64,000 nt of DNA. Origin: Podarcis filfolensis. Lineage: Eukaryota. Positions 25,567 through 38,605 of the stretch are shown here, piece by piece. The number at the start of each line of letters is the position of its first letter. Positions within the stretch are counted from its first letter, which is position 1. The stretch lies in assembly GCA_964270895.1 (NCBI GenBank), contig OZ185439.1; one strand, 5' to 3'. The notes under the pieces were generated by a model. That model searched no databases, had not been told where the DNA came from, and saw only the letters and a list, made by a program, of their open reading frames with translations. Both the position numbers and the translations under genes were made by a program.

Positions 25567-27069
25567 GTTTAGTGGAACAATCCATCCCCCCAAAAAACAG
25601 TGGTTTATGAATTTGACTTGTTTCTCTAAACAAGAGATAACCCTCAGTTATTAAAAAATGGAAGTTAAACCTTCTGATATTTTAATTACTGTGCCAGAGA
25701 TGGAGAAAATGAGAAGGAACCCAAGGTTCACCAATGTAACACTAGACCATAGTTTAGTGTTATGTCCGAATCCAGTCAATGAGTTATATCAGTTAAATTG
25801 TCATCTGAGTGATATCTGTACATGCACTGTTGATCATTGGTGCTAGATTTCAGAAATGATACTGTTGTTTACCATGTTTTTTCATGTATAAGACTAGGTT
25901 TTTTTCCTAAAAAATAGCCAAAAATTAGGGGACGTCTTGTACACGGATAGTACTGAGCGTGGACTGGCGATTGGTTGTTGCTACAAAAATAGGGGGTGTC
26001 TTATACATTGGGGGCGTCTTATAGATGGAAAAATAGTCAGTTTTGAACTGTTACGGTTACATGCAATTCACAGCAGCCTTTCTTGTGTTTTTCAATGTTT
26101 GGTTTACTGGTATACACAGCCTGCAATTCTAGTGTTGATTTATTCACCTTTCCCCCTTATTTTGTGGATAAACTTTTATACAGCAGTAGCAGTAGCTCCT
26201 TCACCTTTTAAGTATTTGCAGCTTGGGAGGGCTCATTGCTAGCCCCTGACCTGCCACCCTTGCTTTACACAGTTGCCACCCCAAGCCTTCAAAGACGGTG
26301 TGGAGGCCTACCAAGTCTCCCTATTTGCAAGGCCGTTTCCCCCAAACAATGCCCACCAGCCCACACCTGACATCATATGTGACATCAGGTGTACAGCAGG
26401 TAGAGATGTAGCTGTAGACAGCAGGACTGGACCTCCCCCAAGCACACCAGCTGATTCACAAGCAGTTCAATTCTGTTTGGTTTGGATGTTTTGGAAGGGA
26501 AACTAACCGGTACTACCAAACCTTGTAGAAAGTAGGATTGAACCCTGTGTGCATCACTTGAGTGGGACAGCCCAGCTGCTAATCACCTGGCTTCATTTTA
26601 ACACTTGTCAAAGTGGGAGAGATTTTATTTTATTAAGAATCAAATTTCAGAGTCAAGAGCTGAGTGATCTACACTGTAATCCTATATATGTTTAGTCAGA
26701 AGTAAGTTCCACGGGACTTACTAATAGGTAAGTCCGGCAAACCTAAATTGCCAGCCCAATAGCTTTAGCCACCTTAGATGGAGGATTTTTCTCTTTTGAA
26801 TAATGCACAGCCATGAGGCCAATGCTGAGCAAGGCACGGCATGCCCAGCTGTTCTCTGCTATTTGATAGTCCTAGCAGTGGGTGAGCAATGTCTTGCATC
26901 ATGGCTTATTTTCATAGGCAGAGTCAGAAGGGTACTAGGAAGGCCAGATTATTTCCTATGGAGCATTTCTGAGGGTGCTATAACTAAAGTATTCTGTGTT
27001 GTGGGGCAATCCCAAGGCAAGTGGTGCTATGACTTTCTAAAAATTATTTTTGGTTGCTACAGTGAGGGC

Positions 27070-27421
27070 GGGACGCGGGTGGCGCTGTGGGTTAAACCAC
27101 AAAGCCTAGGACTTGCCGATCAGAAGGTTGGTGGTTTGAATCCTTGTGACAGAGTGAGCTCCCGTTGCTCGGTCCCTGCTCCTGCCCACCTAGCAGTTCG
27201 AAAGCACGTCAAAGTACAAGTAGATAAATAGGTACCACTATGACGGGAGGGTAAACGGCGTTTCCGTGTGCTGCTCTGCTTCACCAGAAGCGGCTTAGTC
27301 GTGCTGGCCACATGACCCGGAAGCTGTACGCCGGCTCCCTTGGCCAATAAAGCGAGATGAGCGCCGCAACCCCAGAGTCGTCCGCGACTGGACCTAATGG
27401 TCGGGGTCCCTTTACCTTTAC
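27070..27421 (+). mobile_element. Sauria SINE, full length
   Basis: tRNA-like head, ACCTTT tail, TSD TACAGTGAGGGC / TACATTGAGGGC. Confidence 0.92.
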
Positions 27422-27929
27422 ATTGAGGGCAGCTCCTAATGTGACACACTTCCTCCTCCTAAACAATTAGCATTTGCATGTAGGAACAAGAATCTGAAAT
27501 CAGTTACTTTTTTTTCTTAAAAAAATGTGTACACACACATTTTCACACACACCTTTACTTCCCTATGTGTACAACTCTGAAGAAGCCTCAGCTAATCTAG
27601 CCTTCTTAGGCTGTCTGTAAAGAAGAGGACCAGTGAACATGCAACACAATCTGCTTTTGTGCTACTATTGATCGGGGAATTTTTGCAATTGAAGTGTGCC
27701 CGCATAGTTTTGGCACACTACTTATCTGTAGTTATATTTTGAAGAGTGCAGCATTCATTCCCCACCCCTCCAATCCTGAGCTGTAATGCAGAAACAATCC
27801 CTCAGCAGGAGTAGGGAGGAGAAGAAACACCCAGCTGCTCTTGATTCATTCCGGACTGAGGTTGAATCCTGAAAAAAAAGAACTGTTTCTGGGGGGGGGG
27901 GCAGGGTGTGGGCGGGGGGGGGGGACTCC

Positions 27930-28690
27930 TTGGTCATGAACAGGGTAACTCTGCCCCTGAAGGACCAGGTGTGAAGGCTAGGAGTAATACTGGACTCACA
28001 GCTGACCATGGAGGCACAGGTCCAGGGTAGCTGTCGTATCAGCTGCATCTGGTATGCCGGCTGAGACCATACCTGTCTGCACACTGTCTCACCAGAGTGG
28101 CACATGCCCTGGTTATCTCCTGTTTAGACTACTGCAACATGCACTAGGTGGGGCTGCCTTTGAAGATAGCTCAGAAACTACAACTAATCCAGCTAGACTG
28201 GTGACTTGGAGTGACCCCTGGGGGCCTATAACACTGGTCCTAAAACATCTTCATTGGCTCCCAGTATGTTTCCGAGCATCATTCAGAGTGTTGGTGCTGA
28301 CCTTTAAATCCCTAAACAGCTCGGCCCTGTATACCTGAAGGAGCATCTCCATCCCCATTTTTCAGCCCAGACATAGAGATCCAGCTCTGAGGGCCTTCTG
28401 GTGGTTCCCTCATGGCAATGTGGTTACAGGGAACCAGGCAGATGGCCTTCTCGGTAGTGGCACCTTCCCTGTGGAATGCCCTCCTGTCAGATGTCAAGGA
28501 GATAAAGAACTACACAACTTTTAGAAAACATCTGAAGGCAGCTCTGTTCAGGGAAGTTTTTAGTGTCTGATCCTGTTTTAGTGTCTGATACTTTTTTGTT
28601 GGGAGTCACCAAGAGTGGCTGGGGCAACCCAGTCAGATGGGTGGAGTATACATTCATTCATTCATTCATTCATTCATTCATTCATTCATT
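27930..28690 (+). mobile_element. L2 LINE 3' fragment with (ATTC)n tail
   Basis: LKHLHWLPVCFRASFRVLVLTFKSLN peptide and the L2 tail motif. Confidence 0.8.
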
Positions 28691-28979
28691 TTTCTACTAG
28701 GACACAGCTTAGGTGGGCACACACTGTTTTCCCTGTATTGTTCACACAGTAGATTTGTTACTGTGGCTGATACTTCATGCACTCAATTATATGTAACACT
28801 CAGGCCTAGATGAGACAGTTTATTTATGATTTTTTTTCATTAATGGCAGTCTGAATCATGAGAACTATATACAGTGGGAGGGTTGTTTCCCTCTCTGAAA
28901 CATAAAGTACACTCTGAGTATTTGCTTTTCTTTCATGTTTGATGTCGTTAAATCAAATTGGGGGATGAAGGTTTTATGG

Positions 28980-29050
28980 TCATATCTGCAGGGGTTGGAC
29001 TAGATGACCTTTGGGTGTCCCTTCCAAATCTACAATTCTATGGTTCTATG
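28980..29050 (+). mobile_element. CR1 3' terminus
   Basis: ggggttggactagatgacc...ccttccaaatctacaattctatggttctatga; similar tails near 11450-11500 and antisense near 37890. Confidence 0.6.
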
Positions 29051-30001
29051 ATATCTGGGCAGGGGGAGCTAATCTTGATGTTTATTTTGCTCAAGGAAGC
29101 TTAGTTTGGTCAGAATCAAGTATAAACCTCCACAGATAACGAAAAATACAATACTTTTGTTAAATGGGCCACCACAACCACTAGAGGGCCATGAAAATGG
29201 GCTTATTAGACTCATCTACCTATGTACTATCTGAAACCAAAGCGGCACATTGGTTGCCAGATATGATTCCCCACCACCAGCTCTCCCACCCCACTAGCAT
29301 ATCAAGCAACCCCACCCAGCCTTGTGGACAGCAGGATCTAGAAACAATCTAGATTAAAAGCAACATGCTGAGGATGAATAATTCTGGATTGGGGAAAACT
29401 CAGTTTTTGTTCTACAGACTAGTCAGTGTATACATAGTCTGTGTATTGTATCCAGAGACTTATGGGACTTGTAGCCAGAGGAGACACCAAAGGAGCTTTA
29501 TTGAAAAACAGTCTATAAATCAGCTATTGGCCTGCCCTCCTTCTGCCTCTATCTTTTTCTCTCATCATTCTGGATAATTCTTCTACAGTTCCTTCTTCCC
29601 AAGCATGAAACTTTGGAGTCTTGTTTCATTCCTCTCTTTATTTTTTAAAAAATATTGTATATAAGTTACTGCCATTTTTGACTTTTTAAATATTGCTAAC
29701 ATTCTCTTTTTGTTCCCTCTTTTTGAATACTACTTAATGGTTTATTTGCTGGCTTGCCTACATTTCATCTTTGTTTAACCCTTTCTTCATTGACTACTTT
29801 TTTCTTTACTGGATTCAATTTAAGCTACAATACTACTTTTTGCTCTTAAATCCCTTCACTCTTCCCCATCTTTCTTTTTTGCCCTACATCCTTCTGCCAA
29901 TATGTTCCTCTTTGCTAAACCTTGAGTACTTCCTCTGTTTGACATCACTCCACCTTGCTATCCCTTGTCTCTAAAAATCCAGACCTCCTGACATTCAGCC
30001 A

Positions 30002-30241
30002 GTGTGGTGTAGTGGTTAAGAGCGGTAGTCTCATAATCTGGGGAACCGGGTTCGCGTCTCCGCTCCTCCACATGCAGCTGCTGGGTGACCTTGGGCCAGT
30101 CACACTTCTTTGAAGTCTCTCAGCCCCACTCACCTCACAGAGTGTTGTTGGGGAGGAAGGGAAAGGAGAATGTTAGCCACTTTGAGACTCCTTAGGGTAG
30201 TGATAAAGCGGGATATCAAATCCTAACTCTTCTTCTTCTTC
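30002..30241 (+). mobile_element. tRNA-derived SINE of a second family (Squam2/3- or MIR-like)
   Basis: A-box-like gtggtgtagtggtt, B-box-like gggttcgcgtctcc, core gtgaccttgggccagtcac, (CTT)n tail, TSD TTCAGCCA. Confidence 0.8.
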
Positions 30242-31513
30242 TTCAGCCATCTCTCCCCCTTGAAACAGGGCTTAGATCACATTCCCAAAGAATCTCACTC
30301 TTCTCCCTTCATTCTGCCTTCTGTGCCCCTTCCCCTCTCCTTATAGCGGTATCTTTTTTGATCTGTTCTATTTCATATACACACTGAATCGCAGGGGTGC
30401 CTAACCATTTTCAGGCAAGGGCCACATGGTAAATTGAGTGTGACCAAAGCAAAAATGTAGGTATGGCTGAAGTAGAAAAGTAAAGCCCTTTTAATAACTT
30501 CCCCAGAATTCCCATTGCATATTTATTTTATTTCTTTGTTGTTTATTTAACTCCCTGCTTCCGTCCAAATCCTTCCCTTCGTTTAATTGTCCTCCCCAAA
30601 AAAACCCCATTTATCTCTATCTCTTCTTTCCATCAACAAACTCTTCTCTTTATGAAACCCCAAATCATTTTATCTTCTTTCCATCCAAAGTGAATCCATC
30701 CCCTTCCTTAATCATCCTCTCCAATTAATTCTATTTGTACAACATCCAGTGACTAGCTATTCAGGCATAATGATAAACAAGTAATAATAAGCAGTCTGTT
30801 TACAGGGTTGCCAGCTTTTGATTTCAAAAATTCTGGGACCTGGCTGAAGCCAGGGTTGGGCCAGTAGAGCTTAGAAGATTTGCTGGGTCCAAGAGAATAA
30901 CAATAGCTTCCTATTTATTTTTTTGTAACATAGTTTATGTTCATTTTCATCTTTAAACTGTTTAAATGGTTGCGTCAAGATAGATCATTGTCTACATTAG
31001 ACATATGACATGCAACAATTACGTAAAAGTAAAACAACAAAAAACACTCAAATAAACATTTCTGAATATATGAACATAGTTGCATTGAAGTTTATATACC
31101 AAAATCATTACAATTATTACAGATATGAAACGATCTGTAGTAATGTTTATTGGTTAGATTGGTGACCATAAGTAAAAGTATTTTGTATCAATAATGATTT
31201 GAATTTATGGGGGGGGGGAGGAAATATGTATAAAATATGTATTTCCTTCACTCGACTGTGCTGTAAACTCTGGGTACTGTTCCACCATATACCTCATTAT
31301 TTGTGTAATCAATAAAGTCACACCGGACTGCATTCTTCTGCAGTTTTTAGCATGGCATTGAGGAGCTGAGCAGGGAAAGTGGGTGTGAGGGCAGTCTTGA
31401 CTCCTGCTCTAGCTACTTCCTCTTTCTTCTGATCTTTCTTCAGCTGCCATGCCTTCCTGAGCTCTGCGGAAATTGTGGAGAGCAGCTATGGTGGAGCTGC
31501 ACACACAGTACAG

Positions 31514-31767
31514 CAGGGGTCAGCAAACTTTTCCAGCAGGGGGCCAGTCCACTGCCCCTCAGACCTTGTGGAGGGCCGGACTGTCTTTTTTAAAAAAGAA
31601 AACGAACAAATTCCCATGCCCCACAAATAACCCAGAGATGCATTTTAAATAAAAGCACACATTCTACTCATGTAAAAACACGCTGATTCCCGGACCGTCC
31701 GTGGGCTGGATTTAGAAGGCGATTGGGCCAGATCCGGGCCCCGGGCCTTAGTTTGCCTAACAGCATG
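31514..31767 (+). mobile_element. hAT MITE, same family as 25269
   Basis: CAGGGGTCAGCAAAC start and internal sequence shared with the 25269 copy; right end degenerate. Confidence 0.8.
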
Positions 31768-31829
31768 TCTCACATGTCACAGAGTGTGAAATGGTGTTCT
31801 CTGGTTCATCTTCCATTTACTTAGAAGAC

Positions 31830-31997
31830 ATCTGGGCAGCCCTGTTTAGGAAAGTTTTTATTGTTTGAAGTTTAGTATTCTGTTGGGAGCTGCCCAGAGT
31901 GGCTGGGGAAACCCAGCCAGATGGGCGGGGTATAAATAATAAAATTACAGTATTATTATTATTATTATTATTATTAGTAGTAGTAGTAGTAGTAGTA
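31830..31997 (+). mobile_element. L2 tail with (TAT)n/(TAG)n microsatellite
   Basis: agaagacatctg...gcccagagtggctggggaaacccagccagatgggcggggtataaa. Confidence 0.8.
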
Positions 31998-31999
31998 TA

Positions 32000-32241
32000 C
32001 AGTGGTACCTCGGGTTAAATACGCTTCAGGTTACATACGCTTCATGTTACAGACTCCGCTAACCCAGAAATAGTGCTTCAGGTTAAGAACTTTGCTTCAG
32101 GATGAGAACAGAAATCGTGCTCCAGCGCCACAGCAGCAGCAGGAGGCCCCATTAGCTAAAGTGGTGCTTCAAGTTAAGAACAGTTTCAGGTTAAGAACGG
32201 ACCTCCGGAACGAATTAAGTACTTAACCTGAGGTGCCACTG
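32000..32241 (+). mobile_element. Tigger/pogo-like MITE
   Basis: CAGTGGTACCTC ... GAGGTGCCACTG TIRs with TA flanks. Confidence 0.85.
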
Positions 32242-34734
32242 TACTTGGTGCCTCAGGACTAGAAATGGGCAAATCTGTTGATTTCGGTTTCTCATATCTC
32301 CCGTCTTAAGTTCAGTTCGCCACATTCATTTGAACCGCTGCTTATTTGAAGGAGTGTGTTCAAGCTGGCTTTTCCCTGAGAAACTACATCCTGAAACAGT
32401 TTGGGCATGGGAGGCCTTGCCCTTGCTGGATGGCACACCTGGGACTTTTATGGGCAGGACATAGAATGTGCCCCGGAACACATCTGCTGTTTTTGAACAG
32501 GCTGGGGGATGCTTTGGGGTCCAAAGGACCTTTGTGGTAGCTTCTTCTTGTTGTTTTTAAACGCACACACTGACTCTACCTTGCACATATAAAGGACATG
32601 CAGCTGCTCTTATTCTCTAACCTCTTATATTTGGCTCTCTGTGTTCACTGTGACAACTGCCGTGGAAAAATTGTTTTGCCTGCCAAAGTTCACTCAACTT
32701 TGGCTATATTGAGAATGTGTTCTTGCTATACTGCATCAGTTACTCTTTATGGATCATATGTAAGGATATGAACAGGGTCAAAATGAATAGAGCATGATCT
32801 AGCCAACCTTAAGCACGTTTAAATCCAATAGATTTTGATTGAAATGATGTAAGCGCATGTGATTAACTCTGCAGCTGAAATGCATGAGACAACCAAGTTC
32901 TTAGCTTTGCTGGATCATGCGCATAGTGTTTTGTAGGAGTTGAAAATTCAGCAAAGCACAGGACATCATCTGTTCTGTAAAACATTTCAATCTTTTTCAC
33001 TTCAAATTCAAATATCTCACCAATAGAAATCTACTGACTGGGTTAAAACTTGATAACAACTCATCATATTCTACAGGCTCAATATGTTTTTCACTCCTGT
33101 GTCTACATACACTGATTCACACACTGCTATATATACTTCATGAAAACATACAGATCACTCTCTTTCAGCCTTTATCAGAGAACCTTTGCCTTTATCAAAT
33201 ACCTGTTGATCTGCTATTGCAGTGAATTTCTGTTGGTATGGACAGACTTTCACAATTCGTCCTGTACTATAAATAGTCCAGCCTTTGGAGTTGTTTGCTT
33301 TGAGGTTGTACTGCAATGTTGCTTAATCTCTGGCTGATGTAAAAAGTGGTTCATATGACTATGTCATTCTGTAAAGGTTATTTGTTCTTTATTTTCAATG
33401 GGGAGTGAGATTGAGCTGCAGAGAACTTAGTTACATGGTTAAATAAACTGCTGCTTGCATGGACCTCCCCTTCTCAGGCATTGGCACGGTCTAGATCTTA
33501 TACTAGGACAAGGGGTTTCTATGAACTCCAGTAACATGCTGGAAAGTATTGGAGATATTAGGCAGTCCAAAACCATTGCACAGTGCTGCTCCACTTGCTT
33601 TCATATGAAACTGGAAGGGAAATGAGGCCATGGTGTGCTCCTGATTCACACTGCAGTAATTTCAGGTGTTCTTTATAAAATCAAAGCTGCTTGTTTTGAG
33701 TAGCTGTGTTAAATGGAGGCCCTGATGTATATGGCAGCATGTGTCACCTTGGCAGTAGTCAGAAATACACCAGTAAGAAGAATTTGGTGCTTTTGGGAGG
33801 CAGTGTATGTCCAGCCAATATCACACAGTAATGCATGCAGACATTTTTGTGACAAACAGTGCAGTAGACACCCTTACACCTTCTCCCCCTGCAAAGTTCA
33901 TGATGGGAAATAGTGGAGGAACTACCTGTTCCAGAGAGAGGAAAACTCCTATTACACCCTTTCCTTATCCTGATCTCACAATGGATCCTTGCATTGTTCC
34001 GGCAGTACATTGTAGCAGGAAGAGCTGGGGCTGTATATATTTTACCTTTGCTGATAAATTTCAGTCTTATAATTCTCCCATCAGGTGGGTTCTTCCTTGG
34101 TGATTCCATGTTACTTTGCCAATTCAAATTTATCTCTCCTTAAAAATCTCATACTCAGCCACAGCTGTTAGAACAGGGAGCATGTTGATAATTGTGTAAC
34201 ATCTGGAAAGTGAAGCACCACTAAGGGCTCATCCATGCTTACTTTTTTGCCACTTATCTAGGCACAGATCTGGGCTTTCCATGTCCAGGTCCAAGCAGGT
34301 GTGTGTGTGTGTGTGGTTTATCTTTCTTCTTCCCCTGGCATGCTTTCCCTGGGGAAAGCCATGTTTTACCACTGATCAGAGCAAGTTGCAACCAGGTTTT
34401 CCATGGATTGTCATTTGCTCCAATTCAGAAGCAGATTGTGGGTTTTCCTGGGGCAGACTGGGACATTCTTCTTAGCAGTTTAGGAATAGCCTGGGATCCC
34501 ACATTCCGTTGTGGCCACCTCCTGATGTTTTAAAACAAAGGAAACATAACTCCAAGATGGGATACAATCCTCTTTTAACTCCAGTAGGCCAGTTGCCCAG
34601 GGTCCAACTAAGATATGAAGGCAGTCATGTTTGTTTGTTTTATTCACATATCTGCTTCATTTCTGACTAATTATTTAGACATGGTTTCAGGCCAGAGTCA
34701 GTCTTGGTTGCTCTGAGCGGATGTTACCTGTTGT

Positions 34735-35290
34735 GAGAAGGGCAAGCAGACTGTGACCTTGCTTCTCCTGCTTGATCTCTCCATGGCTTTCTGTACCATT
34801 GACCATGGCATCCTTCTGATCTGTAGAATGGGCATTGGGAAAACTGACTTCAGTTTTCTGTTCCTACCTGGATGGAATTGCATTCTACAGAAAAGAGCAG
34901 GTTCGCAGCTTGCGGATGCTGCTGGATTCAACAGTGTCAGTGGAGGCTCAGGTGGCCTCAGTGGCTCAGAGTGCCTTTTTCCAGCTCTGGCTGGTTTGCC
35001 AGCTACAATTTAGGTCAAAGCTACCCCAGGGATCACCTGAACCCTTATATCCCAGCTCAGTCACTGAGATCAGCATCTCTGGTTGTTCCCTGAGTTGATG
35101 AGGCTCATTTGGAAACAACAAGAAACCAAATCTTTAGTGATCAGCCCAGTCCTTTGCCAAAAGAGATTGAACAGGGTTCAGCCGTTTCAACTTTTGAACG
35201 CCTGCTGAAAACTTTTCTGTTCTGCCGGGCCTATGCAGGCATCCTTCCGCAATGGTCAATTGATGCCTGTTTTATACTTTTAAATGGTGA
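34735..35290 (+). mobile_element. Degraded L2 fragment
   Basis: TLLLLLDLSMAFCTIDHGILL (RT motif LLDLSAAFDTIDH-like) and an L2 3' region. Confidence 0.65.
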
Positions 35291-35331
35291 TGAATGGCCC
35301 ATCTCCATTTGGAGAAATCTACACCGATGTT

Positions 35332-35698
35332 GGGACGCGGGTGGCGCTGTGGGTAAAACCTCAGCGCCTAGGACTTGCCGATCGCATGGTCGGCGGTTCG
35401 AATCCCCACGGCGGGGTGAGCTCCCGTCGTTCGGTCTCAGCTCCTGCCCACCTAGCAGTTCGAAAGCACCCTTAAGTGCAAGTAGATAAATAGGTACCGC
35501 TTTATAGCGGGAAGGTAAACGGTGTTCCGTGTGCTGCTCTGGTGCCGGTTTGCCAGAGCAGCTTCGTCACGCTGGCCATGTGACCCGGAAGTGTCTGTGG
35601 ACAGCACTGGCTCCCGGCCTCTAGAGTGAGATGAGCGCACAACCCTAGAGTCTGTCAAGACTGGCCCATACGGGCAGGGGTACCTTTACCTTTACTTT
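35332..35698 (+). mobile_element. Sauria SINE, distinct subfamily
   Basis: Intact B-box GGTTCGAATCC (35395-35405); TSD TACACCGATGTT / TACACTGATGTT. Confidence 0.92.
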
Positions 35699-36499
35699 TA
35701 CACTGATGTTATCCTTTGTAAATGACTGTATCAGAAAAATGCCATTTGTGAAGCATGCCTGAGAATCAGGAAAGATGACAGTGTTTTTGGATTTAGTGCC
35801 TTCATGCTCAGTGACTCAAAGAGTCCCCTCTCCTGAGCGCAAGTGTGGAAACATTTGTGGCAAGGGACATGTCCTATTTTAAACCCCATCTATGGGAGGA
35901 GGATGGGAAGTGGAGCAAGTGTTTGACAGTTGACAATGTCCATCACACTGTTTAGTGATGATGCCTGGGGGGTAAAAATAGAGAGAGTTACCTCATGGCT
36001 TTCAGCAGCAATGTCGAGGAGACAAAAGAGAGGCTTTAAAAGGCTAGCGGAGCTGCAGGCAAAGGGCCTGGGCTCTTTTAAGGTTTTGGTTCTGCTCCAG
36101 AAGGGAGCTGTTCTGCTTCTCCCTCTGTTTATGGAGAGCTGTGAGTTAAGGGTGTGTGACATGCCCTTCTCTCCGGGACTAGATGTTGCTTTCAAGAGCT
36201 TGGACCAACCATATGCAGGTACCAGTTTATTTTGCATGCCAAACTTTTGCAAGCCTCCTCACAGACAGAGGCTCCACTTGGCATAAGGGGCTTTGCTTTC
36301 AGATGGTTTGTGGAAGGAAGCTGTAGATGAAAGGTAGCTGAATTTTTGGATAGTAGGAAGTGGAATGAAGAGAACCAGCTGGAAGGGGCTTTAAACCTCC
36401 TGTCAGTTGTGCAGTGACTAGTTGCCTGATGCGATCACTAAATTATAATGGCCGTAAAGAAGGTAAAACAGTGCCGATGAAAAGAATTGGTGGTTGATT

Positions 36500-36790
36500 C
36501 AGGACAAGGAAAAGGAAGCATGCCTTCAAAAAAGATGCACAGTGATTTTATGGCATCCGCTCCCACAAAATATAGGGGTGACCCCTTGGGGAGGCTTGCT
36601 CTGGAGGGTGACTAGAGAGGGTGACTCATGGGGGAGAGAGAACTCATTGGCTATTAGTATTGATGGCTACTGGGGATCTCCACATGCAGAGGTGAGGAGG
36701 GCAGACAATGCTGCCTCCATCCCTGAGCTTCTTGGAAACAGCTACCTTTGGAAAAAGGATGCTGAACTAGATGGATCCTTGGTCTGATCT
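36500..36790 (+). mobile_element. CR1 3' fragment
   Basis: ggacaaggaaaaggaagcatgcc...tgctgaactagatggatccttggtctgatc CR1-type tail. Confidence 0.55.
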
Positions 36791-38273
36791 TACATGATTA
36801 TTAAACGCAGAAGATTTCAAGTTTATTGGAATTTCAGCTATTGTTTCCATTGTACTTTGTACATTCCATTATTTTTTATGAGGTGTATAGAGCCCTGTCG
36901 GTATCTTCAGCACCTTCTGTTCCCACAGATTTGTCTGTCACTCGTCTTGACCTTCAGTGTGCCCAACAGTGGAATGGATAACATTCCAGAACAGCCTGTA
37001 TCTCAGTGGTTGTGCCTCTAGAATGGATGGAGCAGCAAAGGCAGGAGAAGGAGGGGAAAAATGAGAGGAGGCTGAAGCAGGAAATGCTGCCTTTTCTCTT
37101 AGGGCATTTTAAACATGGCATTAAAAATGTGTTTGAGACTCCTTCCTATTTATTTTTTTAATGTCTCCTATGAATACTGTTCATGCGTGATGAGGGAGAG
37201 ACAAGAAACGGAATGTACACACCGACTACACTGGAGTTAATTTTCATTAAGAATCGTTTTACAGTCAATTTAAGTCTCGCACGTGAAAATGTTTCACTAT
37301 GGTTATCTTGGACCATTGATTAAATGTCAAGAAAAATCCATCGGAAAAATATTTTCCCCCGTTTTTATTTTAAATGTTTTCCATCAAGTTACCCCCTCAG
37401 ATTCCAGAAACTCTTCAGCAAAGAAATGGAGATGGATGATAGCCTTGACTGCAATTGACAAGGCATCATTTTCTTCTTTAAGGTGATGAAATGTGTTTGG
37501 AATCGTGTATCCGCTCGTGGCTCCCATCATGTGCTCTCTCCTTGCAGCACGCCCTTGGCTTGTTGTCTACTGACCTCTCTCCCCCCCCCCCCCCAACTCA
37601 TCCCCACTTAAATTCTCTCTGTTACAAACACACATACTATGCTTCTCTGTGCTGGAGTAGAGGACACTTTTGCTCGAACAGCACATCCAACAAACTGAGG
37701 TGGCAGAAAAATACCGTTTCAGATATCTGCAAATGGAAGATCATATTTTTACATGCTGCTTTACATTTATTTATTTATTTATTTATTTGAATTTATATAC
37801 TGCTTGATTGTAGGAGGGAAAGAGTCAAAGTGGTTTACATTCTAATAGAAAACTAGCACAGCTCAGGAAGGGGGCTACTTGAGCAAAAATCATAGAATTG
37901 TAGAGTTGAAAGGGACCTTTCACTTTGGTCTGCCAGGGGAGGAGGTGTTTCCTCTTCCTGGAAGCTATTTGTGGGGGATCATCTCAAAAGTCGCCCACCT
38001 GGAGCCTAACGTGGTACACCCTACTCAACTCTGCATGCGTAGACCCAGCCTCAGTCCTATGAAACCTGTCTTGGACTACCACAGGCAGTAGGAAATTGTG
38101 ACCTTGATTTTTGTCCAAACCTCAGATCCAAACTGGAAGAGCCAATGTCAGAAGTTTATTATTTTCCCCTATCCAGCCAGCTCTGATATCCCCACATTAC
38201 CTGAATGCCTGGCACAGTACTGGTAATAGTTAGCAGGAGGGGCAAGAACATTCCTCATGTTGATAGGTAATCT

Positions 38274-38605
38274 TAAGAACATAAGAAGAGGTTGCTGAAT
38301 CAGGCCAGCGGGCCATCTAGGTCTGCATCCTGCTCTCACAGTGGCCAGCTAGATGCCTGTGAGAAGTCCGCAAGCAGGTCCTGAGTGTAAGAGCACTTTC
38401 CCCTCCTGCAGTTTCCAGCAACCGATATACAGAAGGATACGATCTCCGGCTGTGGAGGCAAAGCATAACCATCATAGTAGTAGCTGTTGATAACCTTCTC
38501 CACAAATTTGTCTAATCCTCTTCTAAAGCCATCCAAGCTGGTAGACACCACGGCCTTCTGTGGGAGAGAGTTCCATGGTTTACTACAGTGAATAAGTACT
38601 GTATT
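38274..38605 (-). mobile_element. CR1 3' fragment, antisense
   Basis: aagaacataagaagag...ctgaatcaggccag end; minus-strand peptide SLDGFRRGLDKFVE. Confidence 0.7.

Noticed and set aside
35332-35410. tRNA-like A/B boxes here and at 30002, 48717, 50020, 58853
   Set aside because: These are SINE heads with TSDs and LINE-derived tails, not cloverleaf tRNA genes.
35890-36286. Overlapping 118-120 aa ORFs with a CAG|GTACC donor after ...DQPYA
   Set aside because: Weak donor and no convincing similarity to the mammalian short-isoform N-terminus.
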